64,000 bases of DNA from Takakia lepidozioides (GCA_030704615.1 CM060732.1:47678001-47742000); one strand, 5' to 3'. Shown: positions 36,983-51,069, numbered from the stretch's first letter. A program made the numbers and translations. The notes: generated by a model from the sequence alone, not told the origin.

Positions 36983-38670
36983 TTTGAGGTTGTAATTTTC
37001 CAATGGTGTTTCTTGACACCACCATTCTGTACTGTATATCACTTCCTTTTTGCCTTGGTATGATCATCTTAGTGGCCAATGGTCTTGTAAAGATGCTCTG
37101 AAATGTAGATACTGCTAAGCTTCAATGCCCTAGATGATTGAACAGTCTTGGTTTTATGTTTGCACATTTCATTGAGCTTTTGTGTGACCTGTTTACCCTA
37201 GAGTGTTTGTTTCTGAAGAATGGCGGAAAGAAGATTTGAGTGCCCTTTTGGTAAAATTATTTTGTTACTGTCACCTTCATTGTAGATATGATACAAGGTG
37301 GGACAGTACCACCTTGTAGATCTACAAACAATATCAACATGCCTTCAGTACTAACTGCCATTTCATTGGATGGAATTTAGTCAGATGTAGCATGTTTACT
37401 TACATTGTTACAGTGCAGATGTTGAGTATCAGCAGTAATGTTCTGCATGTGAGTGAACATGAGTGAATTTGCAATGGCATTTTGAGCTGCTAATAGATTG
37501 CATATAGATCTGAATAAACAAGAATTGCAAAACTATACAAGTATTTGTAATTCTTGCAAAACTATACTTGTTTATTAATCCCTGCTATCCATGACAGCAG
37601 TAGATGGGAGAGGGAGTTCATCTGTCACTTCTGTTGCAGTTGAGGAGGGGATAGGGAGTTCCATCTACTGCTGAGGGGGGAACTGAGAGTTCATGTGCTG
37701 CTATCATTTTGGCTGGTGGCACCACTGCAATAGCCAATATTAATTTTGATTGGAAAGTGAAGATGGCTTGCAATGATGCAAATACTGATGTACAGCAGAA
37801 AGGAACTTTGGAACATAAATGTGAGGTAAGTTGAGGAGATGCCATAGCAGACTGCAAATTGTCCTCCAAGAGACTCGGGTACAGACCACAATTGCAGATC
37901 TTGGCTCCAGAATCAATCTTTCTTCCATATTTGTAATGGTCATGTGTGATGCAGCAAGTAGAGACGGGAAGTGAAGGACGAGAAGCAGAACTACTAGCCT
38001 GCATTAAAGCTCTGAGCATCACATAGATTGCCCAAACCTGACTCTACTTAGCACATGATATGGCCACCTTTTCAGTGAAACTTTTGGACTGCCAAACTGG
38101 TCAGGGTTTGAATCTGATTTTCTGGGTATACTGCGTGCATTAAGACAAGTGCAACTAGTGTGTATGGTACAATGATAAAATGTCCCTGGCAGAGATTAGT
38201 ATCTCACACGAGATAGAAAGAAAACCACCCTTGAAAGGTCTCAGCCTCCCTCAATCTCTTTAGCTTTGCATGACATCACTGCTTAGAAATATGCCCTCAC
38301 AGTGAGTGCAAATTGTGCAAGACAAAGGAGCCGTTTAAAAGCAAATGCTGCTCAGAGAGCCCAGGCCACAAGTTTCATCCCCTATCACAAACCTAATGCA
38401 CCCTAAGAAGTTTAGGCTGTGTGGCCTATACCAACCTCCTGCCAAGGTCAGTTCCTCAACCAAATGCATTCCATTGGTGTGCAGACATTTGACATGCAAC
38501 CCAAATGCCCTTTGGTTGAAAACCGCACCATCTGTGTGTTTCTCATGAAGGAGTTGGTGGACACTAACTGTGTATGCTTACAAACATCCAGGACACAAGC
38601 CAAAACTACTGTCAGTAGCATTACCTTACTGCCATACTGGAAGAAAATGAAGACCCCTGCTCAACAAATT

Positions 38671-40876
38671 TCATAGCGGACACGAACCTTCTTCCACCAT
38701 ATTACTATCCTTCGACAGCAGCTCCACAGGCACAGCAGCTGCTAAATCTAGGTTGTGGAGTCTGACGGTTCCTAGAAGTTTATCGGGCAGCTCATCTTCT
38801 GCTCGTCCCTCAATAAGAAAGGCAAGGTCAACAGTGAGGGTTGTAAGGTAGCCAGCAGCTAGGTGCACAATGGCGGTGGCCACCATGGATGATCCAATAT
38901 CTACATCAACTTCTAAATAGTCGACCATTCAGAGTACCTGCAGCAATAGGAATTGGTTTGTGTGGGAGAGATAAGTGTAACAAGATTGCACATTTCAAAA
39001 TCTAACTCCTCTGCTGTGTTCTCTCCAGTGCAGACAATGGTAGCAGGAACAAGCAAGAAAAATTAACAGTCACAGTCAGGCTATAATTGATTGCTCACCT
39101 GCAAGTCAGGGCTTTGCCAAGGATGCAGATGGTTTGCTCGCCTACAGCTTTTTTTACAATCCGTGGGCCTTTGGTAATGTTGGCAATAAGTTTGAGGCGG
39201 GTTACCCTAAATTCCTGGTCTCCTTTCAAAAAACGGTGTACCAAACAGCTCTCTGGAAATGTATTATATGCAACAAAGTATGCAACTGCACTAATGTGAT
39301 CCTTGTTGGGAATCTGCAGGACCCCAGCTTCGAGTATTACCCACTTGTGCATCACTGCGGAAAGAGTATCTCCCCACTCACGGACTGCCTGTTACTATGA
39401 CAGAAAGGGAAAGGAGCCCTTGGTGAGGAACTGAGGCAAGGATTGTCAGCCAGGGCAGCAGCAGAGTGTGACAAAGAGAGCTTTGCAAGTTAGATGAAAT
39501 TTTTTAGAGATGAGAACATCCCTCTAAAGGAAGTGGTGATGTCTATTGGTACTTCTGTATGCTTGCAAGGATAATTGATAGTGTCAATCCAGGTGTTGAG
39601 CACTAAAATGGAGCATGTCAGTTAGTGACAGACATCACAGGTTCTTCAGAAACTGTCATTCTCTTGAGAGCCTCCTTAGGATAGAGATGACATAGTTAAC
39701 AGTTGAATAAATCAATCAACAGGATTGCAATTCAGGCACTGCAAAGAATTGAAAGGAACCTGCACAAGATCTGGCCTTCCAAAACCCCTATGTAGAGGAG
39801 CTCCTCAAGGGTTTGGGATCAAACATTGGGCTCCAATTTGATGTCTGCTTTCCTCTTACTATTAGATCCTGCGACTTGAGGGTGACCGGTTGAGATTGGT
39901 GAGGGATATGTGAGATATGGACACAGCCAGTGTGTGGAAGAGATTTTGAAGCATTTTGGACTGGAAAGCGAGGTGGCACAGCACCTCGCTGCCCAGCTCT
40001 TGTCAGAGGTCCAGCTGCTCAGAAGCAGCTCCATTCTGGCTGAGGAGAAGCTTGTTGAAAAGGTTTCATGAGCAAGAGGTAGGGCACATTTAGATTTCAC
40101 ACAGGGTATACATCAGTATGCAAATCATGTTAACAGATCCAGACACAAGTGAAGTCCCCTGATTACATGAACATGGATGCATCAAGCATATAATGTCATT
40201 TCTAGGTTCTTCTCCTGTAACAATTCCCCCACATGCCAGCTGGAGGCCCAAAAGCCACACTTTGAAACGAGGGGTGCCATGAGAGCACCCCCATCAAAAA
40301 TTACCCAGTGATAGTGTTTTGACTCTGACACACATGCACCCCAAGTCACACACCGACTTTCACGCACACAGTTTTAGACTCAAGTTTCAGTCTGCCATTC
40401 TGACACGAATATAGCAACATGGTGAAGTTCCATCACCGACGGTTAACAGAGGATTCAAGGTAGAGGAGAAAGAAAGCTCTGGAAATCCGGGAGGCAGGCA
40501 GTGGCAGAAACTGCAAGTCGGGTGAGGATTCCGCTGTGATGTATCATGCTAAGTGGGGAAAAACCCTAGCTATAGATGCAAACAGAGGCAAGTGCGCAGC
40601 AACCCGACCTGCAAATTCAAGGCCCAAACGAATGGTGCCGATCGACCAACTTTGCTGACTTCTTTCAGGGCTGCCATCACTCGACTGTTTGGATTCTCCA
40701 TGATTTTTTCTGAGTGGTCACGAGAGTCGGGCCTCTTACAAGGAAGCCGTCGCCTGGCCGCCGGGGTCCTCATCGCGATGGATCAGAGCCACCAAGCCTC
40801 CATTCTTGAGCCTCCCCACCCACTCTGCCACTTCCTCCTCCTCATCACCTTTTGCTTTTCTTTCAGTTTGTTCCAT
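38671..40876 (-). pseudogene. DUF1336 / EDR2 C-terminal domain gene, frameshifted pseudogene (exons about 40876-40608, 39313-39099, 38937-38671)
   Basis: EWVGRLKNGGLV.. / PGDGFLVRGP / NSRVMAAL..FVWALNLQ lie in three different frames with internal deletions. RLKLIANITKGPRIVKKAVG and YLEVDVDIGSS..VDLAFLIEG..ELPDKLLGTVRL follow, with a further 1-nt shift at the start of exon 3. Confidence 0.8.
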
Positions 40877-41727
40877 TCTTGACTCTTTCAGTCAGAAGAT
40901 TTTAGCTTGGAGCAACATACTCAAGATGGGTCTGGCATGCCCTACCTACTGTCTCGATCAGAACAATCCGTGAGAACATCATTATCAGTTTCAAGGTACG
41001 CTCTTTGATTGTCGTAGTAGTATACTGTGCATATGGCTGCAATTGGGGGTGCGAATTTGAGCAAGAGCAGCCGGGAGGCTGCTCGGAAGGGGAACAAGCA
41101 AACCCTGCAGTCACGCGTATGTGGATCGAGCATCACTTGTTTGTGATTTGGAATATTTCTTCCCCCTGTGACTTCTCCTTTGAGATTCCATCGAATCTGC
41201 GCTTACCAGCAGCTTTACCATGCAGGCATCTCTTGGACCCACAATAGGGTTGGAATTCCAGTCGACATTGATTCTCCACCCACCCACGCGCGCAAAGGTG
41301 AGCGTGGAAAACATGCTTCTGGGTAGTGCGGGCCCATTCATAAAGGTCTCTACATGGCCGCACCTTCTCCAGCTTCAAAGTCATCCGACAATCCAATCGC
41401 AAGGTGCCTCGTGTTTGCCCACAACCCAGATAAGGTTTTGTAAGCTTGGACCTTCGAGGATATCGAACATCTTTCCAATCTTGCTAGGGTTGCACTGTCT
41501 GTTGCCATGCTGGAAATGCTCCAGCTCATATCTACGCAAACGCATCTTCTGCATGTCCTGGTCACTGTGGCGACACTTGCCAGACAAACTTTTGTTTCTA
41601 TGAAGGATTTCAACCGTCTCCCCCATCATACTTTTCCCTGAAACTAGGAAGCCTCGGGTCCCAAGTCAGCAAAATGAGGCGTTGAGAATAATTATGGGGG
41701 GCTCATAATGCAACTCCCCACTGCAAA

Positions 41728-41812
41728 GCGGTTCGCACAAGGCCCCACATGTGATATTGTTGTTGTGCCTGCCACTGCGCCCCTGCCTCTTCACAGGGAC
41801 TGTACCCTTTCT
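41728..41812. promoter_or_regulatory. Distal conserved non-coding block upstream of EPFL copy 1 (paralog at 48205-48292)
   Basis: CGGTTC.CACAAGGC..ACATGTGAT...TTGT.TTGTG..GCCTGCCACTGC...AGGGACTGTACC is shared between the two duplicates. Confidence 0.7.
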
Positions 41813-42579
41813 AGCTTGACTGGTTCCTCTCACTTTTTGTGACTGCAATACGAGATTTGGTTGATATTTGGAGTGCAGAGGCTTGTTTGGACAGCCTGCA
41901 CAAGTTAGTAAGTATCCTACTACCAACTACCATGTGGCCCTCAAATTCTGTACATCTCAAAATGCTACAGGCAGAATGAAAAGGAGGTTGAATGGAGGTA
42001 GGTCCCAGGAGTGACATGTAATGTTATTAGACGTGTCCTGTGAACTACAGTCCCTGACCAACTGAAAGCCTACGCCCATGAATCAGTAGGCTGCTGCATG
42101 CCAGAGTCTCTGCAATTTCAAGATGTGACCTCTACAAGCTTCGCACGAAGGAGACAGTGATTCGACAGTGGAAGAGAGATTGGCTTCAGATGTTTGCGTT
42201 GCGAGTTGGCTTGCTGCACAGATCCACTTACTTATAACTTACAGTGTGGTTGAAAATTAGGCTAGATCAAAACGGCAGCTCTGATGATGGGTCCATGAGG
42301 ATCGAAAGGGGTTGGGTTTGCTTCGATTCTTTTCAAACCAGTGGAGAAACATTTCGAGCACCAACCCACCCGTGACCAAGCAATGTAATATCCACGCTGC
42401 AATGTTCACCACATCGATCCCACCATCGTCTACCTCATGAGTAATAATCTATCTGCGCAGGAAAAGGCTCGATCCATATGCGGAGAGAGCAACAAGTCGA
42501 TTGGGAATGGAGCACCGGATCTTTTCCTTTCAGGTGTGGCAGCAGCCCTGGCCCCTGCCCGACAAAGGGAGGTCAGGGG

Positions 42580-42624
42580 CAGTGCAATGATGGAGAAGGG
42601 GAACGGTGGGGATGAGGGGGACAA
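42580..42624. promoter_or_regulatory. Proximal conserved non-coding block upstream of EPFL copy 1 (paralog at 49749-49793)
   Basis: CAGTGCAATGATGGAGA(A/G)GGGGAACGGTGGGGATGAGGGGGACAA, 44/45 identical between copies. Confidence 0.8.
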
Positions 42625-43647
42625 TGCCGGGTCTGAAAAGCCTGACACCTTCGTCTCTGCTGCGTTACACTTCCCCCCACTCTGGACTCGCTTGGTAAAT
42701 TATCACCAGCCCGGCCCTGCTTTCCCTCCCCTGAGCGTTGCAAACGTTACCTCTGCGGGATGCGACCTCACTTTACAGCTCTCCCTCAACCCATGATCAA
42801 TGTTGTTTGCTTCCCGGTGATGGAGCTGAATCACTTTCTTACAGTATAAGTCTCGCTTTTGCAATCTCCATCAGTGTGGATCTCTCTCTAGAGCTGTAGA
42901 CCTCTCTCTCACAAACTGCCTCTCTTACAACCATCCTCATAGCCCGGGGAAAGTCTCTGGACCCTAGCAGTAGATATTGAACTGCGGTTGGTGAAAAGAT
43001 CTGCGTCCACGGTCGGAGTTCCGCAAGCTTTGGGCGGCAGACCAGACATGCTAGAGTCCGGGCGTCCATCACTCTCGATCTGCAGAAAGCTTGGTTCAAA
43101 TACGTAGGCCGGCTGCAGCTCCGTACTATGGGCTAGACGCAAAGACTGTACTGGTCATGTGGAGTCTGTGTTCAGTAACAGCCCTGTGTTGAGTGGGCTG
43201 CAATGCATCCAACCATAGCAGTCAGATGGGCGAGTCCAAAAGGGTCGTGCACATCTCAGGGTTGGTATATATCTGCTTGGAAGTCTTCTTGCGATGCACT
43301 GCTTGTAGGGTGGAACGCCCGGTGCAGGACTTCGTTGAGCATTTCGTTCGGGTCTGATCTGCCTGCTCCTGCATAGACTCCTTGGTCAACCACTTCATTT
43401 GACAGTCTGAGGCCGAAGAGAGTCGGAGCTTCCGGGCCTGCTACTACGTTGGTTGTCTCTAAAATTCCTCTCCACCTGATTTATCCAGTTTCAGAAGGTC
43501 AGCAGCTCATCCATGAACCAGAACCGGTACCAAGCAACAGTTTGTGCACATTTACAGAATACATAAACAGCTCGCTGTCAATCATTTCCAAGTATTTCGG
43601 TGAACTTCTGCTGGCAAGATCGTCCCTCCCGCCTCCCCCGAACAAGG

Positions 43648-45143
43648 ATGTTGCACAAAGAGACAATCTGGTGCTGGACCTTGCTCCTTCTTCACTTTAT
43701 GACGTCTGCAACAGCATCCCGTCGGACCCAACTCTTTGGTGAGACCTGTCTTTTCATAGACCTGTCTTGAGTCCATACCTTGGCTTCCGTGCGAAATATG
43801 TTGTAATTCCAAATTTTCAAAGCTAGTGCACGTATCAGAGCGTATCTAGACGTCACCGGGGCACTCGTCAGATCGTAAGACATTTAACTGAGCATGCAAG
43901 TGCTCTCGTTTCATCTTTACACTCATGACTCGAGCACGATCTCGAGAACCTTGGAGGGGGATTCGAAACTGTTCTATTTGCAAGTTCTCTCATTTGGAGA
44001 TTTGGCAGTATGTTCTGGAAACTTCAATTGATATTGCGTGACCTAGGGCTACTGAGCTACAGGACGTTGTCTTGCCCATCAAATTCTACTCGGAAGAAAA
44101 TCCGTGAACTCAAAAGTGTTGGAAAGTGTTGATAGTCGATCTATGTCCAGAACCTGTCCGTGCGGGCAATGGTCATCCGTCTAGTTTGATAGATCCAGGC
44201 CCTGGGCCGTTCTACCCGTTTGACGAGTGCTGGATTCAGCGTCTTACTGTGCTTCAATGGTGTTTCAGAAAAGGTGCCGGAAAAGCTCTCAGGCGTATAC
44301 CAGGGTGCGGTTGAACACAACAGTTTCTACAACGAGGTACATATCTATACTAGCCCTCACTTTCACTGAGCTGACGGTTGTAGAACCCTGGACCTTTTTT
44401 TATGCATTTCGGGCAGGCTCGACATGTCTAGAGCTCTGCAACTCAGCTTGAGATGGTAGCAGCAAGGCTCAAGACAAGTCCCAGGACCTATGCGTCAATT
44501 CAGTCTCAGCCAGAGCTCTCAATCATGATATCATGGAACCTCCATCGAGTATTGATGTCTTTTGAAATCTCCACAATATTGCAGGGGGAGTCCTTTCAGT
44601 ACAGACAGTGCTAAAGACACCTCCAGGGATGAACGTCGCTTGAAATGTAGGGATCTCGTTCGAAGGTTGGAGGGGCAGCTCTAGTCCGTGTCTCATACCG
44701 CCCCATATGATGTACAGGGTGAACAAGTGATCAATTTAGAGTCCAGCTACATTGTTGAAGTCGTTGAAATATGCTAGCTAAAGTTGCATGAGGGTACACA
44801 CAAACTTAATACCTGGATGCCAAATGCGGGCCATGGTATTTTTTCGCAGAACCAAAGCGCTGTAAGGTCGCATCACGATCGGCATATGGTGGGGTCATCA
44901 GCGAGGTCGAAGATCGAGAGCGAGAACCAGAGTGTCGTACAGATTGGTTCGCATCCACCTAACTGCCAAGATAAGTGCAATATGTGTCACCCATGTCAGG
45001 CAGTCCAGGTGCCCACACCTCAAGCCCACGTTTCCGTGCAATTTTCGCCCAGGGATGCTCAGTTTCATGCTGAAGATGCTAACTACAACCCTGAAAGTTG
45101 GAAATGCAAGTGTGGGAATCGGTTCTTCAACCCAGGAACCTAA
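43648..45143 (+). CDS. EPFL: EPF/EPFL-family secreted Cys-rich peptide, copy 1; exon 43648-43738, short middle exon unresolved, exon 44850-45143
   Basis: Signal peptide MLHKETIWCWTLLLLHFMTSATAS; mature domain IGSHPPNCQDKCNMCHPCQAVQVP...NYNPESWKCKCGNRFFNP with the six-Cys EPF pattern. Confidence 0.85.
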
Positions 45144-48100
45144 CCTTTGTTTCAAGTGACCACTTCTGCATCTCAGTGATGTCTTCACTACTTGGTACTT
45201 GTACAGTTGAAATCCATATACATGTGAAGAATAACTTGGCTCGTTCACGAATCTGGCAACTCTGCGAACTCAGAGCCTTAAAGTATCACCGCTCGAAATG
45301 GGCGCGTAACAGAACCTGGGCTTACGGTTATCATCGGACCCTATCCCCTCACAAATTAGGTCAGATCTACCAGGGACCCAAAGCTGGACCGTCGTGCCAA
45401 TCTGGCCTGGATAGCTGTGTAGCAACTGCACTCATTCGTAGTCGTTAAAGCTGCACTCACATGTGAAGCCACTTTCCAGACATAGAATTGTAGACTTTCC
45501 AGGACAGATCTGGCCTGAGAAACGTCAGCTGCTTCTAGTAAGCTTCTCGAAATCATTGGCCAGCATATAGTTTCTCAGCACTTGGTGATACCAGAACCTT
45601 CATGGTACTATATGCTAGGTAGTATACTGCTCAGCTCATATAGATTTCAAATTATCAAACACCTGCCAGACCTTAGATTAGGAAAATGCACTCCTCGCCA
45701 GCAAGCCTGAGTTCACAAAGTATGTAGGAATTAAATTCGGAAACCACAGATCTATATAATCAGTCATCCATATCTGGATGGTTTGACTGTCTCCATTCTG
45801 AACCTGTGCTTCAACTTACAGTAGGATATGAAAGTTCTGTTATGTCTGCTTTTGCCCATATTGGACTCGAACTCTCTTGACAAAAACAGCTGCAATAAAA
45901 GGAAGGAGCGACAGCTGCTTTTTAGATTTGTCATGCTTCTGTAGCTCTGAAAGCTAAAGTTCGAAGTACTAGCGCTATGAATTCCATGCTGAATCGACTT
46001 GTTCACGTGCTGAAAGAATAAGCTGGCGGTCCTGCATTAAGCTGTGTTCATCAATCTGACTGTTCAAATTTCCTAACAGACAACCAGACTACTTTGAGCA
46101 GCAATTCGTATCGGACCGCTCAATAGTTCACACTCCATGTAGCTTCTAAGCTTCGATTACGGAATTGTGACATGAGTTGAAGACTCAAAACCCAAGTGGC
46201 TTTTCCTATAGATCTGGGCCAGCTTCAGATGTTTGATAAACCCCAAGGTGGACACGCTGACCTTGGAAATACTATCTCCAGGGGTGTTCATCGACATCGA
46301 AGATATCAACATGATGCCTAACTTCGGAGTCTTTCTGGAGTTCTAATCCCATTTCTTCCACGCACTTTGCGTGATTGTCTATTGAACTGCGGTGTGTGTG
46401 CATGGATTCACACTGAGCTTCTGAGTTTAGTGTGGCCTGGCATGACTTTGCATGGGGATTGCGGGCGACAAAGCAAGAAGCATTTCATGAATACTAAAAT
46501 CAGTAGTCAAGAAAGAAGCAGCAGCGAAGTTGGGTTTGTGAGTGAGAGACGATAATCACAGAAATTTCTAAAGAAGTAATATCTCCAACTGTTTTGCATT
46601 GAAGGGAGTGCGATACCTGCAGGCTATCATTCATTCTTCCTTACATTACATAATCCAAGGAAGGATTGTGCAATCCGCTCTGTACATAAGATGTAAATGG
46701 CTTGCAAGAGGAAAACAATATAGAATGGGGGTGGGTTTGACTCTAATCCATTATTTTAATCCATCCCTATTCAATGCAGAATGGTTGCTGGATTGTGCTC
46801 AATCACAATCCAGTGCAAATATGCTTGTTTCTAAATTTTGACCAGACAGTGAAATCTGGCCACAGTCATGATAACCAACAGTTGTCCCAACAGCAAAGCA
46901 AAACCTACCTTGAGACTTCTCTGGACAATGTTTTCTAAAGAACCCATTTCCCACAATGTTGGGGAGCACCTTTGGAGAAAGAAAATACTCTGGCCGGAGT
47001 CACTCAGCTTAAAAATAAGAGCCACTTCCCCTTGTGGATATTTTCTAAAGACCGGCAATTAGTACTGCAACTGTAGAGCTCAACCCAACAAAGAATTGTT
47101 TTGATTTATATCCCCTACTTTATCAAAAAGTCTATGGATGGGTAGAGTATGGACTCGGCGATTACAGATGGAGACCATAGACCAACAAAGAGTAGTTTTA
47201 CTAGTAGCCGAAAGACGAAGCAGCTTTTTGTTTACTTAGAATGGTTTAGGCTCTCTTCCTACCATCATCATTCCGCGTCTAATATCCGGGCGAGGAACAC
47301 ACAACACACTCTCTCAATTTGCACCAAAAAAACAATCTCTTAGGGGGTCTCAGGGTCTAAAGCATTTGCCTTCATGGCCTTCACAGGGTTATTTTTTCCC
47401 TGTCCTTATTAATTTGATCAACTGGGCTTCCATCCCCCTCAGATTTCAAAGTAAAGTTTTCTTAGAAAAAAGATTGATAAGAATGAGAGAACACATGAAG
47501 TATTCTCAAATATTGTCCTCAGAGACGCCATAAATATCACAGCTATCATTCCTCATGCGCTGTACATTTGAGTAATGAAGTGTCCCTACTTGTAAGTCTT
47601 CAAAAAAGGATGTGGTTTATTGACCACACAACTTTTGGTGGTAAAAGTAATATTTGAGCTCTATATATGCAACAACATGGTGGATGAAATCAAAATGCTG
47701 ATATTTACCTTCCAAGCACAGATGTTTGTGAAGATAGAGCAGGCCCATTCCTCGAGGTAAAAGGCGAGCTTGATCTGGTCTGCAACAACAACCCTCCTCG
47801 GCTGCCTCGAGAGACGAGTCAAGTGCAAGGAAGTCAAATTGCAGGCAGTCCAGGTGTTGGGAGACAGTGTGGATGATCACAGACACGATGGAGAAAGGTT
47901 GAGAAAAGGTTGAGCAAGCTTTAAATGTGCATTACAAGCTATGGCTTGTCCTTTGCGTGTGTGGCTGGCCGGCCTGCCCAGCGCCTCCCTCTTTCTCCCT
48001 CTCTCACACACACACACACACCCGCTAATAATGTCACAAACACACACTGCTGCATAGACACACAATGAATGAGCTTCACTTCACACAAGGTGGGGCCAAA

Positions 48101-48204
48101 GAAACCGTTCTGAACAAAGCCGTCAGGCACCCCCAACAACCTTCCCTTCTCTGCACAGGCATTCAAGGCAGGGTGGCGTGCACACAAGCGACTTGAGCTT
48201 CCTG

Positions 48205-48292
48205 TCGGTTCACACAAGGCGATACATGTGATGCTCTTGTGTTGTGCGCCAGACTTTGCCTGCCACTGCATCTCTAAGGGACTGTACCTTCT
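48205..48292. promoter_or_regulatory. Distal conserved non-coding block upstream of EPFL copy 2
   Basis: Aligns to 41728-41812. Confidence 0.7.
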
Positions 48293-49748
48293 GTGCTGCC
48301 CCTCTCTCTCGTCTGGGCATGCCTTGCGTGACGTGACCCAGCTTCTTTCTATCTTTGACTCTCTGGAGGACTGTGAGTCTGCAGCCCTTGCTGGAGCCCC
48401 CAGTACTGATCCTTACAAGTTTGGGTGGACTGTAAATTACTAGATGTGTCACAGGAATTTGGACCCATCGGAAAGCCGTGCAGATAACTAAAGCGGAGTC
48501 ACCCACATTTGGGTACATATAAGTTGCCTGGGGGACTCAAGGGGTTGGATTGTGTGATGACCTTGTTTTGATTTGTGAGAGTTGTGCCGCCATGGGGTGT
48601 ATTGGCGGCTTTGGATTTTAGTGGACTCTATGAGTAGGAGGAAGGCTGTTCCTAGGATTCCATACGCTAGATATATGTGCATCTTTAGGGGGCCGCCATT
48701 CTGTCCCATGCTGATGTCGATTTCCTACCATTTCAAATCTGTCTCCTCCAGTCTATAAGAAGAGTAGGTACTTGAGAGGCTTGTCACAATGACATCATCT
48801 TTTCCTTCTCAGAGCATCTTTTTATACCATTTGAGGTTGCTGTTGGGTTAACTTGTGCCCAGGATGGTGACACTTCAAATTCTAATACCTTACACTTCGA
48901 TGCTTGAACAACTCCAGTACTCTTATGTCACCAAGACATTGGTGTCATTAATTATGGAGGAAAAGGTGACCCAAAGAATGAAACTGAATGAAACTCCAAC
49001 TCACCTTGTTTATTTTGACCATGATCTACTGCAATAATTGCTCAGACCCACAAGAGAGCAGCATCAGTTCTTCCATAAGACACCCAAGAAACTTTGGTCA
49101 ATCTAATAAGCCATTGCTGCTCACAGCTCTAGCTATTAAAGAAACCAGGACTAATGTACCAACTTCTCATCTGATACTGACTTGCCATCAACGGAAGTAT
49201 CTGAAGCTGTGTAGCGTACTACTTGGCATATTGATCATCTAAAGACTAACAGCTTTGATACTTTGACTGCTGTTACATACATGGCTGTAGACTCTAGCGC
49301 GTTGGGTAGGCCGGCGGGCCTACAATATGCACACAATTCAGTAAATGATTTCGTCAGAGATAGAGGAAAAATAATGTTTGATTCATTACTCTATAGGCTT
49401 CACAAACTCCATTGTGAGAAAAAATGCCAAAAACCCATATTGCAGACTCCATTGCTTACAAGAGTACACTTGTTACTGTCAGATTCCAGGAAACCCATCT
49501 TTGCCTTTGCATGTACATGTACTACCTTCACTCTTACATCTACCCATGTACCCTCAAGAGCTTGAGCTTGCTAAGACGCTGCATACCTGACAGGAAGTAA
49601 AGGCTCCTGGAGGTCAGTCAAGGGTACTGGGGAGTCACAGGTAGTCTCTTCACCGGATCTAGAAATGGGAGCCTCATTTCCCCTTAAAAGTGGGCAGCAG
49701 CCGGTAATGGTGCGCCAGAGCTCCTGCCCAACAAAGGGGGGGCAGCAG

Positions 49749-49793
49749 CAGTGCAATGATGGAGAGGGGGAACGGTGGGGATGAGGGGGACAA
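49749..49793. promoter_or_regulatory. Proximal conserved non-coding block upstream of EPFL copy 2
   Basis: Aligns to 42580-42624; weaker similarity extends over about 49600-50000 vs 42470-42810. Confidence 0.8.
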
Positions 49794-51069
49794 AGGCAAG
49801 TAAGAAAGGCCTGACACCGTCTTCTCTGCTCTGTGCAACCTGTGGTGTATTCACTGTTACCTACTACACCTCTCACACTACCCTTTGCGTGAGCTTTATC
49901 ACTAGCCCCCCCCTCCCTGTTGTGCCAACGTCAGCTCCTCCAGGACACGAGTCACGACCTCAGTTTGTCTCCCCCCAGCAATCAATGCTCCTCGCTTGTC
50001 TCTACCTCTTTTACTATTTCGATATCTGTGAGCATCTCTCTCTCCCTCTCACCCTGCCGCCTCTGGTGACCACTCTACAGGTCTGCCAGATCTTTATGTA
50101 TTTATAATCTGCCGGTGCATTCTTCGAAGACGCAAGGTGCGTGCCAGGCTTGTGTCTTTCTCAAGTCGACGCACACCGATGTGTTAGCAAGGTAGGTCAG
50201 GGCGACTGAACTAGCTGTAGTCTTCAAAACGCTACCGACGAAGCCAACTGGAAGGGCGGGACGCTGGACGCAGCTAGGGCTGTTTCTGAAACCGGGCTTT
50301 CGAAAACAGCCTTCAAAGCGCTCGCTACTACTTAAGGACGTATGCGTCCTGGCCTCGATTTCCCGGACTTTACTCGAAGCGCGGCCCAGGTTGCGCTGCA
50401 TGTGACGGGTACAATCTCTCTCCCTCCTTGTCTCTCTGGAGCCATATCGGCATTGTTTCATTGTCAAGCACGACAGGTCTCTGTACATAGCTCTGGAACA
50501 TTTGCGCCCCAGCTGTAGAGCCTAGACAGTATCGATTTAGTCATTGAGCAAAGAGTGGCCTATCTAGGGAGAGAATATAAATTTGAAAGAGAGTGAAACT
50601 TACAGAGAGCCTGCATAATATCACAGTTTGGACTCTAGATGCTTAGCCTAGAGCTAGATATTTTAGTTCTTTGGCTAGCGTCTGCCATGTTGCACTGGAC
50701 CGTGTCATGGTACATCTGCTTGCACGCACAACTTTAGTGTTCGTTGTTGAGTTGACACTGATTACTGGGCATGCTCAGTGCTGGCTAGATCTGCCCGCTC
50801 CGTAAACTCCACCCACATCGTTTAAGATTAGAGAAGACACCAGTTGGGTACAGTCGCTCTTGGGTTTAATGAACTATTAATGTATACTGGTTTGTGTGCA
50901 CAGATACTTGAAGAAAGCCCTCCGGTAGTCTCTGTCGTTCGGTGTTCAGTAGACGGTCTTCAGGAGCTATCTTGCACTATTCGAAGCCGGCGAAGCGTAC
51001 ATTTCGTTACCTCTCCTGAACATGCCTGCCACTGTCCAGGCCGACGGTATCTCTAGAAAGGGGTTTAAA

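Noticed and set aside
37618-38022. 134-aa minus-strand ORF
   Set aside because: No family motif or supporting splice structure; lies between converging 3' ends.
40900-41630. Cluster of overlapping 60-127 aa ORFs
   Set aside because: No consistent frame or homology recognisable by eye.
42570-42590. miR408-like target similarity (GGCAGTGCA)
   Set aside because: Only about 9 nt match; insufficient complementarity, and not kept in the paralog.
42437-42796. 119-aa ORF as EPFL first exon
   Set aside because: No signal peptide and the frame is not conserved in the paralog; the true signal-peptide exon is at 43648.
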